Assembly: GCA_963665325.3 (NCBI GenBank)
Contig: CAXXWS020000002.1
Span: forward strand, 960,001-1,024,000
Source of the DNA: Alphaproteobacteria bacterium
GTDB lineage: Bacteria; Pseudomonadota; Alphaproteobacteria; Bin95
Direction of reading: 5' to 3'
DNA: 64,000 bases
Shown here piece by piece: positions 1 through 11,088 of this stretch. Positions within the stretch are counted from its first letter, which is position 1. Each line of letters begins with the position of its first letter. The position numbers and the translations under genes were made by a program. Below the pieces are notes generated by a model, which saw only the letters and a program-made list of their open reading frames with translations, made no database searches and had not been told where the DNA came from.

Positions 1-19
1 GTCCGGCCGGAGCAAGCCG

Positions 20-1384
20 TCAGTTGAGCAGTTGGCGCGGCAGCCAGAGCGCGATGTCGGGCCAGGAAATGACCGTAACGAGGCCGATCACCTGGAGGAT
101 CACGAAGGGGATGATGCCCCGGTAGATCGACAGCAGCTTTACCTCCGGCGGCGCCACGCCCTTCATGTAGAACAAGGCGAATCCGAAGGGCGGCGTCAGG
201 AACGAGGTCTGGAGGTTGACCGCGATCAGGATGGCGAACCAGTAGATGACCTCATGCTGCGGGACGTGGTCGCCGAAGGCCAGCGTTTCGACGATCGGCA
301 GGAAGACCGGCAGCACGATCAGCGTGATCTCAACCCAGTCGAGGAAGAAGCCCAGCACGAACACGATCGCCATCAGCATGATCAGCAGGCCCCAGCTTCC
401 CAGCCCGACCGATAGGATGAGATGGTCCACCACCTCGTCGCCGCCGAGCGAACGGAAGACGTAGGAGAAGCCGGTGGCGCCGACGAAGACGAAGAAGATC
501 ATCGCCACGGTGAGCGCCGTGCGGTCGCAGCAGTCCTTCATCAGGTCTAGCGTGAAGCGGCCGTTGACGATCGCCAGCACGGTCGCGCCGAACGCGCCCA
601 CCGCGCCGCCCTCGGTCGGCGTCGCCCAGCCGCCGAAGATCGCTACCTTGATCATCAGGATGAGAACCGCCGGCGGGATGAAGCCCTTGAGCAGCATGAC
701 CGCATAGGCCGGGATCGTCTGCGGCGCGTCGAGGTCCGACAGCGGCGGCGCCACGCTGGGCCGGATCGCGGAGTAGGACGAGATGTAGATGAAATAGAGG
801 CCGGACAGCAGCAGGCCGGGGAAGAGCGCGGCGAGGAAGAGGTTGCCGACCGAGACCGCCATCAGGTCGCCCATGATGACCAGCAGGATCGAGGGCGGGA
901 TGAGGATGCCGAGCGTGCCGGCGGCGCAGATCGTGCCGCAGGCGAGCGCATGGTCGTATTTGGCCTTCAGCATGTGGGGCAGGGCGAGCACGCTCATCAG
1001 CGTGACCGACGCGCCGATGATGCCGGTCATCGCCGCCATGATGGTGCCCATCACGGTCACCGACAGCGCGAGGCCGCCGGGAATGCGCTTCAGGATCACC
1101 TGGAGGCAGTAGAGCAGGTCCTGCGCGATGCCGCTGCGCTCCATCATCACGCCCATGAAGACGAAGGTGGGAACGGCCGTCAGCACCAGGTTCTCGGCCA
1201 CGCCGCCCCAGATGCGGTACACCATGTTGGTGAATTCGATGTATTCGAACACGCCCATCAGGTTGCCGACGATGCCGAACAGGATCGTCAGGCCGGCAAG
1301 TCCGAAGGCCACCGGGAAGCCCGTGAACAGGAATGCGGCGAGCGCCGCGAACATGAAAAGCGGCAGGAGGTCGGCTGCGGCCAC
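20..1384 (-). CDS. dctM: TRAP transporter large permease subunit (DctM family)
   Basis: Polytopic hydrophobic ORF with GFPVAF, AGTLGILIPPS and SFLTPPFGFALFY motifs; start trimmed to GTG at 1384. Confidence 0.9.
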   Translation of the reverse strand: MAAADLLPLFMFAALAAFLFTGFPVAFGLAGLTILFGIVGNLMGVFEYIEFTNMVYRIWGGVAENLVLTAVPTFVFMGVMMERSGIAQDLLYCLQVILKRIPGGLALSVTVMGTIMAAMTGIIGASVTLMSVLALPHMLKAKYDHALACGTICAAGTLGILIPPSILLVIMGDLMAVSVGNLFLAALFPGLLLSGLYFIYISSYSAIRPSVAPPLSDLDAPQTIPAYAVMLLKGFIPPAVLILMIKVAIFGGWATPTEGGAVGAFGATVLAIVNGRFTLDLMKDCCDRTALTVAMIFFVFVGATGFSYVFRSLGGDEVVDHLILSVGLGSWGLLIMLMAIVFVLGFFLDWVEITLIVLPVFLPIVETLAFGDHVPQHEVIYWFAILIAVNLQTSFLTPPFGFALFYMKGVAPPEVKLLSIYRGIIPFVILQVIGLVTVISWPDIALWLPRQLLN

Positions 1385-1401
1385 GGTCCGGGCTTGTCCT
1401 G

Positions 1402-3039
1402 TCAGTCGGGAAGAACGACAGGCGGAGGCGCCGCCCGGTCGAGGATCATGTCGGCGGCCTTCTCCGCGATCATGAAGGTGGCGGCGTTGGTATTGGCCGA
1501 CGGCATGCGCGGAATGATCGAGGCATCGACAACCCTGAGGCCATCGAGCCCGCGCACGCGCAGCCGGTCGTCCACCACGGCGAGCGGGTCCGTGTCTGGC
1601 CCCATATGGCAGCTTCCGACCAGGTGGAATGTGGTGGTTCCCCGCTGGCGGGCGATGTCGAGCCACTCGTCGTCGCTGTTGACCCCATCGCCGGGATACT
1701 CCTCGCCGGCATTGTAGGGCGCCAGCTGCGGCGTCTGTATCAGGCGGCGCGCGAGCCTCAAACCGCCCAGAAGCACCTGCCGGTCCATCTCGTGCGCCAG
1801 GTAGTTGGGCTGGATCTGCGGCGCCGCGAACGGGTCGGCAGAGACGATGCGAATATGGCCCCGACTCTCCGGTCGCTGCTGCCAGGGTGCAATCGACATG
1901 GCGGGGTAGTCGTCGAGCGCAGCCTGCACGCCCTCCTTGTAGCTCGCCGGGGTGAAGGTCATCTGGAGGTCGCCCTTGTCGAGCGACGGGTCCGATTTCC
2001 AGAACACATGCACCAGCGACGGCGCCAGGCCGAGAACGCTCGTGCCGCCGCCGAAGTAGCGAGCCACTTCCGTCAGGAAAGCCGGGCCGCGGACGCGCTG
2101 GTTGATCGTCTCCGCGCCCTTGACCCGCACCACGATCCGCACGGCATAGTGGTCGTGCAGGTTCTCGCCGACGCCCGGCAGCGCATGATGGACCGGGATG
2201 CCGAGGTCGCCGAGAAGTCCGGGCGGCCCGACGCCGGAGACTTGCAGCAATTGCGGTGAATTGACGGTGCCGCCGCAGAGCAGGACCTCGCGGCGCGCGC
2301 GCACTTCATAGGGGTTGCCGTCCGTCCGGTAGCGCACACCGACCGCGCGCTTGCCCTCGAACAGGATGCGCGTCGCATGGGCATGGGTGCGCACGTCGAG
2401 CATGGTGTCGCGCTGGCGCATGGCGGGATGCAGGAAGGCCCGCGCCGCACTCACCCGACGGTTCTTGTGGATCGCGCGCTGGAAGTAGCCGACGCCGTCC
2501 TGGTCGGCGCCGTTGTAGTCCGGGTTGCGGGGGATGCCGAGCCCGACCGCGCCCTCGATGAACGCTTCGCAAAGGGGATGGCGGTAGGGGTTGTCGGTTA
2601 CCGCCAGCCCCCCCTCGCGGCCGCGGAAGGTGTCGTCGCCCTCGCCGACGCGCCTCTCGTTGCGTTTGAAATAGGGCAGCACGTCGGCATAGCCCCAGCC
2701 CCGGTTGCCGAGCTGGGCCCAGCCGTCGTAGTCGAGCCGCTGGCCGCGATTGTAGATATGGCCGTTGATGGAGCTGGAGCCGCCAAGCGTCTTGCCGCGC
2801 GGGGCATGGATGCGCCGGCCGCCGGTCCATGCGCTGGGTTCGGCCGAATACAGCCAGTTCACCCGCGGGTTGGTCAGCGTCTTCATGAAGCCGGCAGGGA
2901 TGTGGATGAAGGGATGGCGATCCGGGGGTCCCGCCTCAAGCACGCAGACGGAGTGGATGCCGCCTGCGGCGAGCCTGGCGGCCAGCACCGAGCCCGCCGT
3001 GCCGGAGCCGACGATCACATAATCGAAGCTGTCGGTCAT
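1402..3039 (-). CDS. GMC family oxidoreductase (choline dehydrogenase-like)
   Basis: DYVIVGSGTAG FAD motif, RGKTLGGSSSING, GLRVVDASIIP, NTNAATFMIAEK; start ATG 3039. Confidence 0.9.
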   Translation of the reverse strand: MTDSFDYVIVGSGTAGSVLAARLAAGGIHSVCVLEAGPPDRHPFIHIPAGFMKTLTNPRVNWLYSAEPSAWTGGRRIHAPRGKTLGGSSSINGHIYNRGQRLDYDGWAQLGNRGWGYADVLPYFKRNERRVGEGDDTFRGREGGLAVTDNPYRHPLCEAFIEGAVGLGIPRNPDYNGADQDGVGYFQRAIHKNRRVSAARAFLHPAMRQRDTMLDVRTHAHATRILFEGKRAVGVRYRTDGNPYEVRARREVLLCGGTVNSPQLLQVSGVGPPGLLGDLGIPVHHALPGVGENLHDHYAVRIVVRVKGAETINQRVRGPAFLTEVARYFGGGTSVLGLAPSLVHVFWKSDPSLDKGDLQMTFTPASYKEGVQAALDDYPAMSIAPWQQRPESRGHIRIVSADPFAAPQIQPNYLAHEMDRQVLLGGLRLARRLIQTPQLAPYNAGEEYPGDGVNSDDEWLDIARQRGTTTFHLVGSCHMGPDTDPLAVVDDRLRVRGLDGLRVVDASIIPRMPSANTNAATFMIAEKAADMILDRAAPPPVVLPD

Positions 3040-3244
3040 CGGGGAGGGACCATATAGCAGCCGCTCCGCCAAGCAATGTTCCCGGCCCGCGACATAGCCG
3101 CCGATGAGACGGGCGCCGGCAAGCGTGACAAGCCGGTCGGCCGTGCTTAGCATAGCCGCTCGATCGGCCCGTGCAGGATTGCCGTATGCCGCACAGGCAC
3201 GGCTGCGCGCCGGACCGGGACGCCAAGAGGAGGAAAATCTGACC

Positions 3245-4852
3245 ATGCCACGACTATTGACCGCGACGCGCCGCGCTGCGCTCGCTGCGCTGGCCGCCGC
3301 GCCGATGGCGCTGGGGCTCGGCATCGGGCCTGCATCGGCGGAGTCGGTACTGCGCATCGTGCCGCATGCCGACCTGAAGAACCTGGATCCGATCTGGACC
3401 ACGGCCTACATCACCCGCAACCATGGCTACATGGTGTACGACACGCTTTTCGCCCAGGACGAAGAGCTGAACATCCACCCGCAGATGGTCGGCGAGCACT
3501 CCGTCAGCGATGACGGCCTTGTCTATACCTTCACGCTGCGCGACGGCCTGAAATGGCACGACGGCGACCCGGTGAAGGCCGAGGACTGCGTGGCCTCGAT
3601 CCTGCGCTGGGGCAAGCGTGACGGCATGGGCCAGAAGCTCATGGACTTCACCAAGGAGCTGAAGGCGGTCGATGACAAGACCTTCACGCTCACGCTCAAC
3701 GAGCCTTATGGCCTCGTGCTCGACTCGCTGGGCAAGATCAGTTCCAACACCCCCTTCATGATGAAGAAGGAATATGCCGACACAGACGCCTTCGAGCAGG
3801 TTTCGGAAGTCGTCGGCTCCGGTCCCTTCCGCTTCGTCAAAGAAGAATGGGTGCCGGGCGCCAAGGTCGTCTATGCCAAGAACGAGGACTATGTGCCGCG
3901 CAGCGAGCCTGCGTCGGGTGCTGCCGGCGGCAAGGTCGTGAATTTCGACCGGGTCGAGTGGCTCTACATTCCCGATCCCGCGACGGCGATGAACGCTCTC
4001 ATCAACGGCGAGGTCGATCTCTGGGAGACCCCGGCCGTCGATATGGTGCCGCTGCTTGAGCAGAGCGAGAATATCGAGCTTGCGGTGATCGACCCGCTGG
4101 GCACGCAGGGCTGGCTCCGGCCCAACCACCTGCATCCGCCCTTCGACAACCCGAAAGCGCGCCAGGCGCTGCTCTACGCCGTCAACCAGGAGGTGTATCT
4201 GCAGGCGATCGTCGGCGATCCGAAGCTCTACAGGGAGTGCGCCGCCTACTTCATCTGCGGCACGCCGAACGAGTCGGATGTCGGTGTCGCGGCGCTCCAA
4301 GCGCATGACCAGGAGATGGCCAAGAAGCTGCTCGCGGAGGCCGGCTACAAGGGTGAGAAGATCATCCTGATGCAGTCCACCGACATTCCGGTGCTGAACG
4401 CCGCCGCCCTGGTGACGGCGCAGGTGCTGCGCGACGTCGGCATGGATGTGGAAGTGCAGGCGATGGACTGGTCCACGCTCACCTCCCGGCGCGCCGAGAA
4501 GAAGAGCCCGGCCGACGGCGGCTGGAATATCTTCCACACCTATGCGACTGGCGCCGACGCCACGTCGCCCATCGCAAATATCGGCGTCTCGGGCGGCGGC
4601 GAGGAGAAAGCCTGGTTCGGCTGGCCGACGGACGAGAAGACCGAGATGCTTCGCGACCAGTTCGCTCGCGAAGCGGACCCGATGAAGAAGAAGGCGATCA
4701 TCGACGAACTCCAAGCCCGCCTCTTCGACCATCTGGTGCCTTATGTGAACTACGGACAGTGGTTCCAGCCGGTGGCATGGCGAAAGGGCCTGAAGGGCGT
4801 GCTGGTATCTCCGGTGCCGTTCTTCTGGAACATCTCCGCGGACGCCGGATGA
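3245..4852 (+). CDS. ABC transporter substrate-binding protein, peptide/nickel (family 5)
   Basis: Signal peptide with RR, LDPIWTTAYITRNHGYMVYDTL, FTLRDGLKWHDG; SD GAGGAGG before ATG 3245. Confidence 0.92.
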   Translation: MPRLLTATRRAALAALAAAPMALGLGIGPASAESVLRIVPHADLKNLDPIWTTAYITRNHGYMVYDTLFAQDEELNIHPQMVGEHSVSDDGLVYTFTLRDGLKWHDGDPVKAEDCVASILRWGKRDGMGQKLMDFTKELKAVDDKTFTLTLNEPYGLVLDSLGKISSNTPFMMKKEYADTDAFEQVSEVVGSGPFRFVKEEWVPGAKVVYAKNEDYVPRSEPASGAAGGKVVNFDRVEWLYIPDPATAMNALINGEVDLWETPAVDMVPLLEQSENIELAVIDPLGTQGWLRPNHLHPPFDNPKARQALLYAVNQEVYLQAIVGDPKLYRECAAYFICGTPNESDVGVAALQAHDQEMAKKLLAEAGYKGEKIILMQSTDIPVLNAAALVTAQVLRDVGMDVEVQAMDWSTLTSRRAEKKSPADGGWNIFHTYATGADATSPIANIGVSGGGEEKAWFGWPTDEKTEMLRDQFAREADPMKKKAIIDELQARLFDHLVPYVNYGQWFQPVAWRKGLKGVLVSPVPFFWNISADAG

Positions 4853-4863
4853 CGACTTCCGGA

Positions 4864-4895
4864 GCCGCCGGGCGGGGCTGTTCCCGCCCGGCGGC
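4864..4895 (+). terminator. GC-rich stem-loop between SBP and permease genes (mRNA stabiliser or partial terminator)
   Basis: Perfect 13-bp stem GCCGCCGGGCGGG / CCCGCCCGGCGGC with a 6-nt loop, followed by CTCTTT. Confidence 0.6.
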
Positions 4896-4917
4896 GCCTC
4901 TTTCGGGTTCAATCTGA

Positions 4918-5859
4918 ATGTACGCCTATATCGCCCGCCGGCTGCTGGCGACGCTGCCTGTCATGGCGGTTGTGGGCATTGCCGTCTTCATGCTGCTGCA
5001 TCTGACGCCGGGCGACCCTGCCGTGGTCATTGCCGGCGACTATGCGCGGCCCGAGGACATCGAGAAAATTCGCGAGCGTCTCGGGCTGAACGAGCCGCTC
5101 CACCTCCAGTTCTTCAGTTGGGTGGGCGCGGTGCTCTCGGGCGATCTCGGCACTTCGATCTTCTCCAACCTGCCGGTTTCCAAGCTGATCGGCCAGCGGC
5201 TTGAGCCGACGCTCGCGCTCGCCATCGCCACCATCATCTTCGCCATCCTGGTCGCCGTGCCGATGGGCGTGATCGCCGCCTGGAAAGCGGGCACGATGAC
5301 GGACCGCCTCATCATGGTCTTCGCCGTGCTGGGCTTCTCGGTGCCGGTGTTCGTCATCGGCTACGCGATGATGTGGCTCTTCTCGATCACGCTCGGCTGG
5401 TTCCCGGTGCAGGGCTACAAGCCTATCGGCGACGGGTTCTGGCCCTTCCTGCGCTCGATCACGCTGCCGACGGTGGCGCTCGGCATCATCTATGTGGCGC
5501 TGATAGCCCGCATCACGCGCGCCAGCATGCTTGAGGTGCTGACCGAGGACTATATGCGCACCGCCAGGGCCAAGGGCCTCGACAACAACGCGCTCCTCAT
5601 CCGCCATGCGCTGCGCAACGCCTCCGTGCCCATCGTCACCATTATCGGCATCGGCATTGCGCTCCTGATCGGCGGTGTCGTGGTGACGGAGAGCGTCTTC
5701 AACATTCCTGGCCTCGGACGGCTCACCATCGATGCGGTGCTGAGACGCGACTATCCCATCATCCAGGGCGTGATCCTGATCTTCTCTGCCGCCTATGTGA
5801 TCGTGAACCTCCTGATCGACCTCTCCTACACCGTGCTCGACCCGAGGATCCGTTACTGA
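4918..5859 (+). CDS. Peptide ABC transporter permease (DppB/OppB-like)
   Basis: PGDPA, GDLGTS, EDYMRTARAKGL, DPRIRY motifs. Confidence 0.92.
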   Translation: MYAYIARRLLATLPVMAVVGIAVFMLLHLTPGDPAVVIAGDYARPEDIEKIRERLGLNEPLHLQFFSWVGAVLSGDLGTSIFSNLPVSKLIGQRLEPTLALAIATIIFAILVAVPMGVIAAWKAGTMTDRLIMVFAVLGFSVPVFVIGYAMMWLFSITLGWFPVQGYKPIGDGFWPFLRSITLPTVALGIIYVALIARITRASMLEVLTEDYMRTARAKGLDNNALLIRHALRNASVPIVTIIGIGIALLIGGVVVTESVFNIPGLGRLTIDAVLRRDYPIIQGVILIFSAAYVIVNLLIDLSYTVLDPRIRY

Positions 5860-6758
5860 TGGCCGATGCGCCGCAAGCCGCTGCGTTTCCCGGCGAGTTC
5901 GAGGAAGAGGGGCCCCGCCCGGGCGCCTGGGGCCGCTTCCGCGAATATTGGCGGCGCCACCCGACGGTGGTGGTCGGCGGCGGGCTTCTGCTGGCCATGG
6001 CCGTGGTCGCCGTAGCTGCGCCCTGGATCGCGCCCGATCCGTTGCGGCTCAACCCGATCAACCGGCTGAAGCCGCCGAGCGAAGCTTTCTGGTTCGGCGC
6101 CGACTTCCTCGGTCGGGACATCTATGCGCGCACCATCTATGGCGGGCAGATTTCGCTCATGGTCGGCATCGCCGTAGCGGCGATCAGCACCGTGGTCGGG
6201 CTCACGATCGGCCTGCTGGCGGGCTATATCCGGTGGGTGGACGCGGTCGTGATGCGGATCATGGACGGCCTGATGGCCATCCCGGGCGTGCTGCTGGCGA
6301 TAGCACTGATAAGCCTGGCCGGCGCGAGCATCACAAACGTCATCATCGCGATCACGATCCCCGAGATTCCGCGCGTCGTGCGCCTCGTACGTGCCGTCGT
6401 GCTGACCGTGCGCGAGCAGCCCTATGTCGAGGCTGCGGTCTCCGTGGGCACGCGGCTGCCCAAGATCCTGCTGAAGCACATCCTGCCCAACACGCTGGCC
6501 CCGCTCATCGTGCAGGCGACTTATGTCTGCGCTTCGGCGGTAGTGATCGAAGCGATCCTGTCCTTCCTCGGGGCCGGCACGCCGCCGGAAGTCCCCAGCT
6601 GGGGCAACATCATGGCCGAGGGGCGGACCTACTTCCAGTTCGCGCCCTGGATGATCTTCTTCCCCGGCATCTTTCTCGCCGTCACCGTGCTGGCGGTGAA
6701 CATGCTGGGGGACGGCCTGCGCGACTCGCTTGACCCCCGCATCGCTCGGCGGATGTAG
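5859..6758 (+). CDS. Peptide ABC transporter permease (DppC/OppC-like)
   Basis: FGADFLGRDIYARTIYG, YVEAA, HILPN, LGDGLRDSLDPR. Confidence 0.92.
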   Translation: MADAPQAAAFPGEFEEEGPRPGAWGRFREYWRRHPTVVVGGGLLLAMAVVAVAAPWIAPDPLRLNPINRLKPPSEAFWFGADFLGRDIYARTIYGGQISLMVGIAVAAISTVVGLTIGLLAGYIRWVDAVVMRIMDGLMAIPGVLLAIALISLAGASITNVIIAITIPEIPRVVRLVRAVVLTVREQPYVEAAVSVGTRLPKILLKHILPNTLAPLIVQATYVCASAVVIEAILSFLGAGTPPEVPSWGNIMAEGRTYFQFAPWMIFFPGIFLAVTVLAVNMLGDGLRDSLDPRIARRM

Positions 6759-6762
6759 TCCG

Positions 6763-7770
6763 GTGGCGAACGGCGCAATCCTCGAAATCGACGGCCTCAA
6801 GACGCATTTCCACACGCGCGACGGAATCGTGCGGGCCGTGGACGGCGTTTCGATCAGGGTGGACCGGGGCGAGACGCTCTCCATCGTCGGCGAGTCCGGT
6901 TGCGGGAAGAGCGTGACGGCGATGTCCGTGCTCAGGCTGCTGCCCGTCCCGCCCGCGAAGATCGAGGCCGGGCGCATCCTGTTCGACGGCGAGGACCTGT
7001 TGCTGGCGAGCGAGGAGCGGATGCGGGACATCCGCGGCAACCGGATTTCCATGATCTTCCAGGAGCCGATGACCTCGCTCAATCCCGTCATGCCGGTGGG
7101 CCGCCAGATCGCGGAATCGCTGGAATTGCATCAGGCCCTGGGGCGCCGCGCCGCGGCCGAGCGCGCAATCGAGATGCTGGACATCGTACAGATTCCGGAA
7201 CCCCGGCGCCGCGCAAGCGAATATCCCCACCAGCTTTCCGGCGGCATGCGCCAGCGGGTGATGATCGCCATGGCGCTTGCCTGCAATCCATCGATCCTGA
7301 TCGCGGACGAACCGACGACCGCGCTGGATGTCACGATCCAGGCCCAGATTCTCGACCTCATGCTCCAGTTGAAAGAGCAGATCGGCGCGGCGATCGTGTT
7401 CATCACCCACGACCTGGGCGTGGTGGCGGAGACGGCGCAGCGCGTCGTGGTCATGTATGCCGGCCGCAAGGTGGAAGAAGCGGAGGTGGCGGACCTTTTC
7501 GCGCGGCCGCTGCATCCCTACACGCTCGGCCTGATGGGCTCGATACCCAAGCTTGCGGCGCGTGTGCTTTCCGGCGGGCGGGGCCGCCTTGCCGAGATTC
7601 CGGGCGTCGTGCCCTCGCTCAAACAGGAGATGCCGGGCTGCACCTTCGCGCCGCGCTGCCCGTTCGCCCAGGAACGGTGCCGGGTCGAGACGCCGGAGCT
7701 GGAGAGCCGGGGCGAAGGACGCCTGGTGGCGTGCTGGGAATGGGAACGCGTGGCGGAGCAGGCGGCATGA
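6763..7770 (+). CDS. Peptide ABC transporter ATP-binding protein (DppD/OppD-like)
   Basis: Walker [23 protein letters not shown]-terminal Cys cluster; GTG start 6763. Confidence 0.92.
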   Translation: MANGAILEIDGLKTHFHTRDGIVRAVDGVSIRVDRGETLSIVGESGCGKSVTAMSVLRLLPVPPAKIEAGRILFDGEDLLLASEERMRDIRGNRISMIFQEPMTSLNPVMPVGRQIAESLELHQALGRRAAAERAIEMLDIVQIPEPRRRASEYPHQLSGGMRQRVMIAMALACNPSILIADEPTTALDVTIQAQILDLMLQLKEQIGAAIVFITHDLGVVAETAQRVVVMYAGRKVEEAEVADLFARPLHPYTLGLMGSIPKLAARVLSGGRGRLAEIPGVVPSLKQEMPGCTFAPRCPFAQERCRVETPELESRGEGRLVACWEWERVAEQAA

Positions 7771-8756
7771 GCGACGACGACACCGTCCTCGAGGTGCGCG
7801 ATCTCAAGAAGCACTTCCCGGTCCATGCGGGTCTTCTCAGGCGCAGGGTGGGGTCGGTTCTGGCGGTGGACGGCGTGAGCTTCGACATCCGCCGGGGTGA
7901 GACGCTGGGCCTCGTCGGCGAGAGCGGTTCCGGCAAATCGACGGTCGGCAAGACCGTGCTGCGCCTGATCGATCCCACTTCGGGCGAAATCCTGGTGCGC
8001 GGCGAGGATGTGACGCATGCCCGTGCGGCGCGCATGCGAACGCTGCGCCGCCAGATGCAGATGGTGTTCCAGGACCCGTACGCCTCGCTCAATCCCCGGC
8101 TCTCGGCGCGGCGCATCGTGGCGGAACCGCTGGAAAACTACAGCGAAATCCCCCGTGCGGAGATTGAGGAGCGCGTGCGCGCCCTGTTCGGACGGGTGGG
8201 TCTCAGGCCCGACCAGATGGTCAAGTATCCGCATGAGTTCTCGGGCGGCCAGCGCCAGCGGCTCGGCGTCGCGCGGGCGCTGGCGCTCGAACCGGGCCTC
8301 ATCGTTGCGGACGAGCCGGTCTCGGCGCTCGATGTCTCGGTGCAGGCGCAGGTGTTGAACCTGCTGATGGACCTGCAGGACGAATTCGACCTCGCCTATC
8401 TGTTCATCAGCCACGATCTCGCCGTGGTCGAGCATATCAGCCACCGGGTCGCGGTCATGTATCTCGGCAAGATCGTCGAGCTGACGGACCGCGAGACGTT
8501 GTTTGCCGACCCGCGCCATCCCTATACGCGCGCCCTGCTTTCCGCAGCGCCCGTGCCGGAGCCGGGAGCCAAGCGCGAGCGCGTCATCCTGAAGGGCGAC
8601 ATTCCGAGCCCGATCAACCCGCCGGCCGGCTGCCGCTTCCATACCCGCTGCCCGGTGGCCGAGGCGCGCTGCCGCGTCGAGGAGCCGCTGATGCGCCGCG
8701 TCGCCTCCGGCCACCAGGTCGCCTGCCATCTGGTGCCGGGCGCGGCGCCGGAGTGA
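7767..8756 (+). CDS. Peptide ABC transporter ATP-binding protein (DppF/OppF-like)
   Basis: [35 protein letters not shown]; ATGA overlap with the previous stop. Confidence 0.92.
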   Translation: MSDDDTVLEVRDLKKHFPVHAGLLRRRVGSVLAVDGVSFDIRRGETLGLVGESGSGKSTVGKTVLRLIDPTSGEILVRGEDVTHARAARMRTLRRQMQMVFQDPYASLNPRLSARRIVAEPLENYSEIPRAEIEERVRALFGRVGLRPDQMVKYPHEFSGGQRQRLGVARALALEPGLIVADEPVSALDVSVQAQVLNLLMDLQDEFDLAYLFISHDLAVVEHISHRVAVMYLGKIVELTDRETLFADPRHPYTRALLSAAPVPEPGAKRERVILKGDIPSPINPPAGCRFHTRCPVAEARCRVEEPLMRRVASGHQVACHLVPGAAPE

Positions 8757-8775
8757 AGCCAGCAAGGAGGCCGTC

Positions 8776-9699
8776 ATGTCCCGACGAATAGGCGTCGCCG
8801 CCGCCCAGATGGGACCCATCGCCCGCGAGGAGTCGCGCCAGTCCTGCGTTGCGCGCATGTCGGAGATGATGCGCGAAGCCCATGCGAAGGGCGCGAAAGT
8901 GGTGGTCTTTCCGGAGCTTGCGCTCACCAGCTTCTTTCCCCGCTGGTATCTTGAGGACGAAGCCGAACTCGACGCCTTCTACGAGACCGAAATGCCGAAC
9001 GCGGCGGCGCGGCCACTGTTCGAACTGGCGGCGGAACTCGGTGTCGGCTTCTATCTCGGCTATGCGGAGCTGGTACGGGAGGCGGACGGCGGCAAGCGGC
9101 GTTTCAATACCTCGATCCTGGTCAACGGCAAGGGTGAGATCGTCGGCAAATACCGCAAGGTGCATCTGCCGGGTCATGCCGAGCACGAACCCTGGCGGCC
9201 GTTCCAGCATCTGGAAAAGGGCTATTTCGAGCCGGGCGATCTGGGCTTCCCGGTGTTCGAGGCCTTCGGCGGCAAGATGGGCATGTGCATCTGCAACGAT
9301 CGCCGCTGGCCGGAGACCTACAGGGTCATGGGTCTGCAAGGCGTCGAACTGGTCATGCTCGGCTACAACACGCCGACCCATAATCCACCCGTGCCGGAGC
9401 ACGACCATCTGATGTGGTTCCACAACCACCTCTCCATGCAGGCGGGCGCCTACCAGAACGGCAACTGGGTGGTCGGCGTCGCGAAGGCCGGCCGGGAAGA
9501 GGGCTGCGACCTGATCGGCCAGAGCGCCATCGTCGCGCCGACCGGGGAGATCGTCGCCATGGCCCAGGGCGTCGGCGACGAGGTGGTCGTGGCCGACTGC
9601 GATCTCGACCGCTGCAACGAAATCCGCCGCCAGATCTTTGATTTCGCCCTGCACCGCCAGCCGCAGCATTACGGCCTCATCGCCGCGCCGAAGGAATAA
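8776..9699 (+). CDS. N-carbamoyl-D-amino acid amidohydrolase (nitrilase superfamily)
   Basis: E-K-C triad motifs FPELALT, YRKVHLPG, ICNDRRWPE; QHLEK and GYNTP typical of DCase. Confidence 0.88.
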   Translation: MSRRIGVAAAQMGPIAREESRQSCVARMSEMMREAHAKGAKVVVFPELALTSFFPRWYLEDEAELDAFYETEMPNAAARPLFELAAELGVGFYLGYAELVREADGGKRRFNTSILVNGKGEIVGKYRKVHLPGHAEHEPWRPFQHLEKGYFEPGDLGFPVFEAFGGKMGMCICNDRRWPETYRVMGLQGVELVMLGYNTPTHNPPVPEHDHLMWFHNHLSMQAGAYQNGNWVVGVAKAGREEGCDLIGQSAIVAPTGEIVAMAQGVGDEVVVADCDLDRCNEIRRQIFDFALHRQPQHYGLIAAPKE

Positions 9700-9710
9700 G
9701 CCTGCGGGCT

Positions 9711-10976
9711 TCACGCCGGGATGTCGGCGGGGTCCAGTATTGCGTCCTGTGTCCTTAGCGCGGCCTGCACGGCGGAAACCGCGAAGCGCCCGCCGGCTTC
9801 GAGTGCGGCGGCGATGCCGGCGGCCTGGCCTGTGGCGAAAGCGGTTCCCATCACCCGGATGGCGGCGCCGGCTTTCCGGTCGCCGTCGGCGAGGCGGCCG
9901 GCGCAGAACAGGTTCGCTGTGTCCACGCTGCGGAGGCACCCGAGCGGTATCTCGTAGGCGCCCCGGTCCGGCGGGAAGTCGAGGCTGCTCAGATATGTGG
10001 CACGGTCGTGCCATTCCGCGCCCCAGCCGCCGAGCGCAATGCAGTCCTCGAAGCCGGCGCGGTTCTCGATGTCGTCCCAGGTGAGTTGCCGCAGGCAGTT
10101 GAGATGGCGGGATTCGCGCGTGCCGAATTCCGGACCGGTCGAGACGAGATAGGCATCCTCGCAGCCTTCGATGGTCCGCAGCGCCTCCAGATAGGCCCAG
10201 GCCTGCCGCCGGCCCCGAACCTCCGCTGCCGACATGGAGAGGCTGTCGCGCGGGTCGTAGTCCTCCGAGGCGAGATGGAGGACGACATCGCCGGATATGG
10301 GCAGGCGCACGGCGGCGGCGTGGGTCTTGGTCACGGAATTCGCCTTCGCGCCGAGGCCCGCGACCGCCTCCGCAATGCGCCGGGGCGTCAAAGGCGCGGA
10401 CGGCGCAATGCCTCCGAACCGCGTGGCCAGCGTGCCGAGATTGACATCCGTACCGTTGCCGTAGCGGGTGCTCGCGCCGGCGAAAGCGGCCAGATCGCCC
10501 TCGCCCGTGCAGTCCACAAAGGCCCTGGCGGAGAAGGTCTTCAAGCCCGAATGGCCGGCGACGGTGGCGGTCCGCATCCGGCCATCGCGGCGTTCCGCGG
10601 CCGCAACGAAACTCGAGAACATCACGGTCACGCCGGCCGCCGCGGCCAGCTCGTCGAGGACGAACTTTACCGCTTCCGGGTCGAAGGCAACGGACACGCC
10701 CCGATACCGGCGCGGCCCGCTGACGGCGCCCTGCTTCCTCAAGCCTTGCATGACCTCCTCGCCGATGCCGCCGACGACGCGGCGCGGCGACTCCCCGAGG
10801 GTGTAGAGACCGCAATAGGTGGCGACATTGCGCATGGTCGATGCGCCGCCCAGGCAGTTGTAGCGCTCGACAAGCAATGTTCTCGCGCCCATGCGCGCGC
10901 TGGCGGCGGCGGCGGCCACGCCGGCCGAGCCGCCGCCGGCGACGATGACGTCGTAATCGAAGGACCGGTCCGTCAA
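9711..10976 (-). CDS. FAD-dependent oxidoreductase (tandem paralog A)
   Basis: DVIVAGGGSAG, VDCTGEGDLA, GTRESR, NLFCAGR, RVMGTAFATGQAAG; TTG start. Confidence 0.85.
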   Translation of the reverse strand: MTDRSFDYDVIVAGGGSAGVAAAAASARMGARTLLVERYNCLGGASTMRNVATYCGLYTLGESPRRVVGGIGEEVMQGLRKQGAVSGPRRYRGVSVAFDPEAVKFVLDELAAAAGVTVMFSSFVAAAERRDGRMRTATVAGHSGLKTFSARAFVDCTGEGDLAAFAGASTRYGNGTDVNLGTLATRFGGIAPSAPLTPRRIAEAVAGLGAKANSVTKTHAAAVRLPISGDVVLHLASEDYDPRDSLSMSAAEVRGRRQAWAYLEALRTIEGCEDAYLVSTGPEFGTRESRHLNCLRQLTWDDIENRAGFEDCIALGGWGAEWHDRATYLSSLDFPPDRGAYEIPLGCLRSVDTANLFCAGRLADGDRKAGAAIRVMGTAFATGQAAGIAAALEAGGRFAVSAVQAALRTQDAILDPADIPA

Positions 10977-11088
10977 CGAACCGCACCGACCGCTGAGGTC
11001 TTCAAGAGGAAATACGCCAGGATCGCCGCCTCGCTCTCGTTCAAGACCGGTTGGAATGCGGGCCCCTTGGGCACGCCGTTTGCCGGCC

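Noticed and set aside
10977-11088. Spacer reading PAFQPVLNESEAAILAYF, reminiscent of a cytochrome c C-terminus
   Set aside because: Too short, no CxxCH and no start; may be chance
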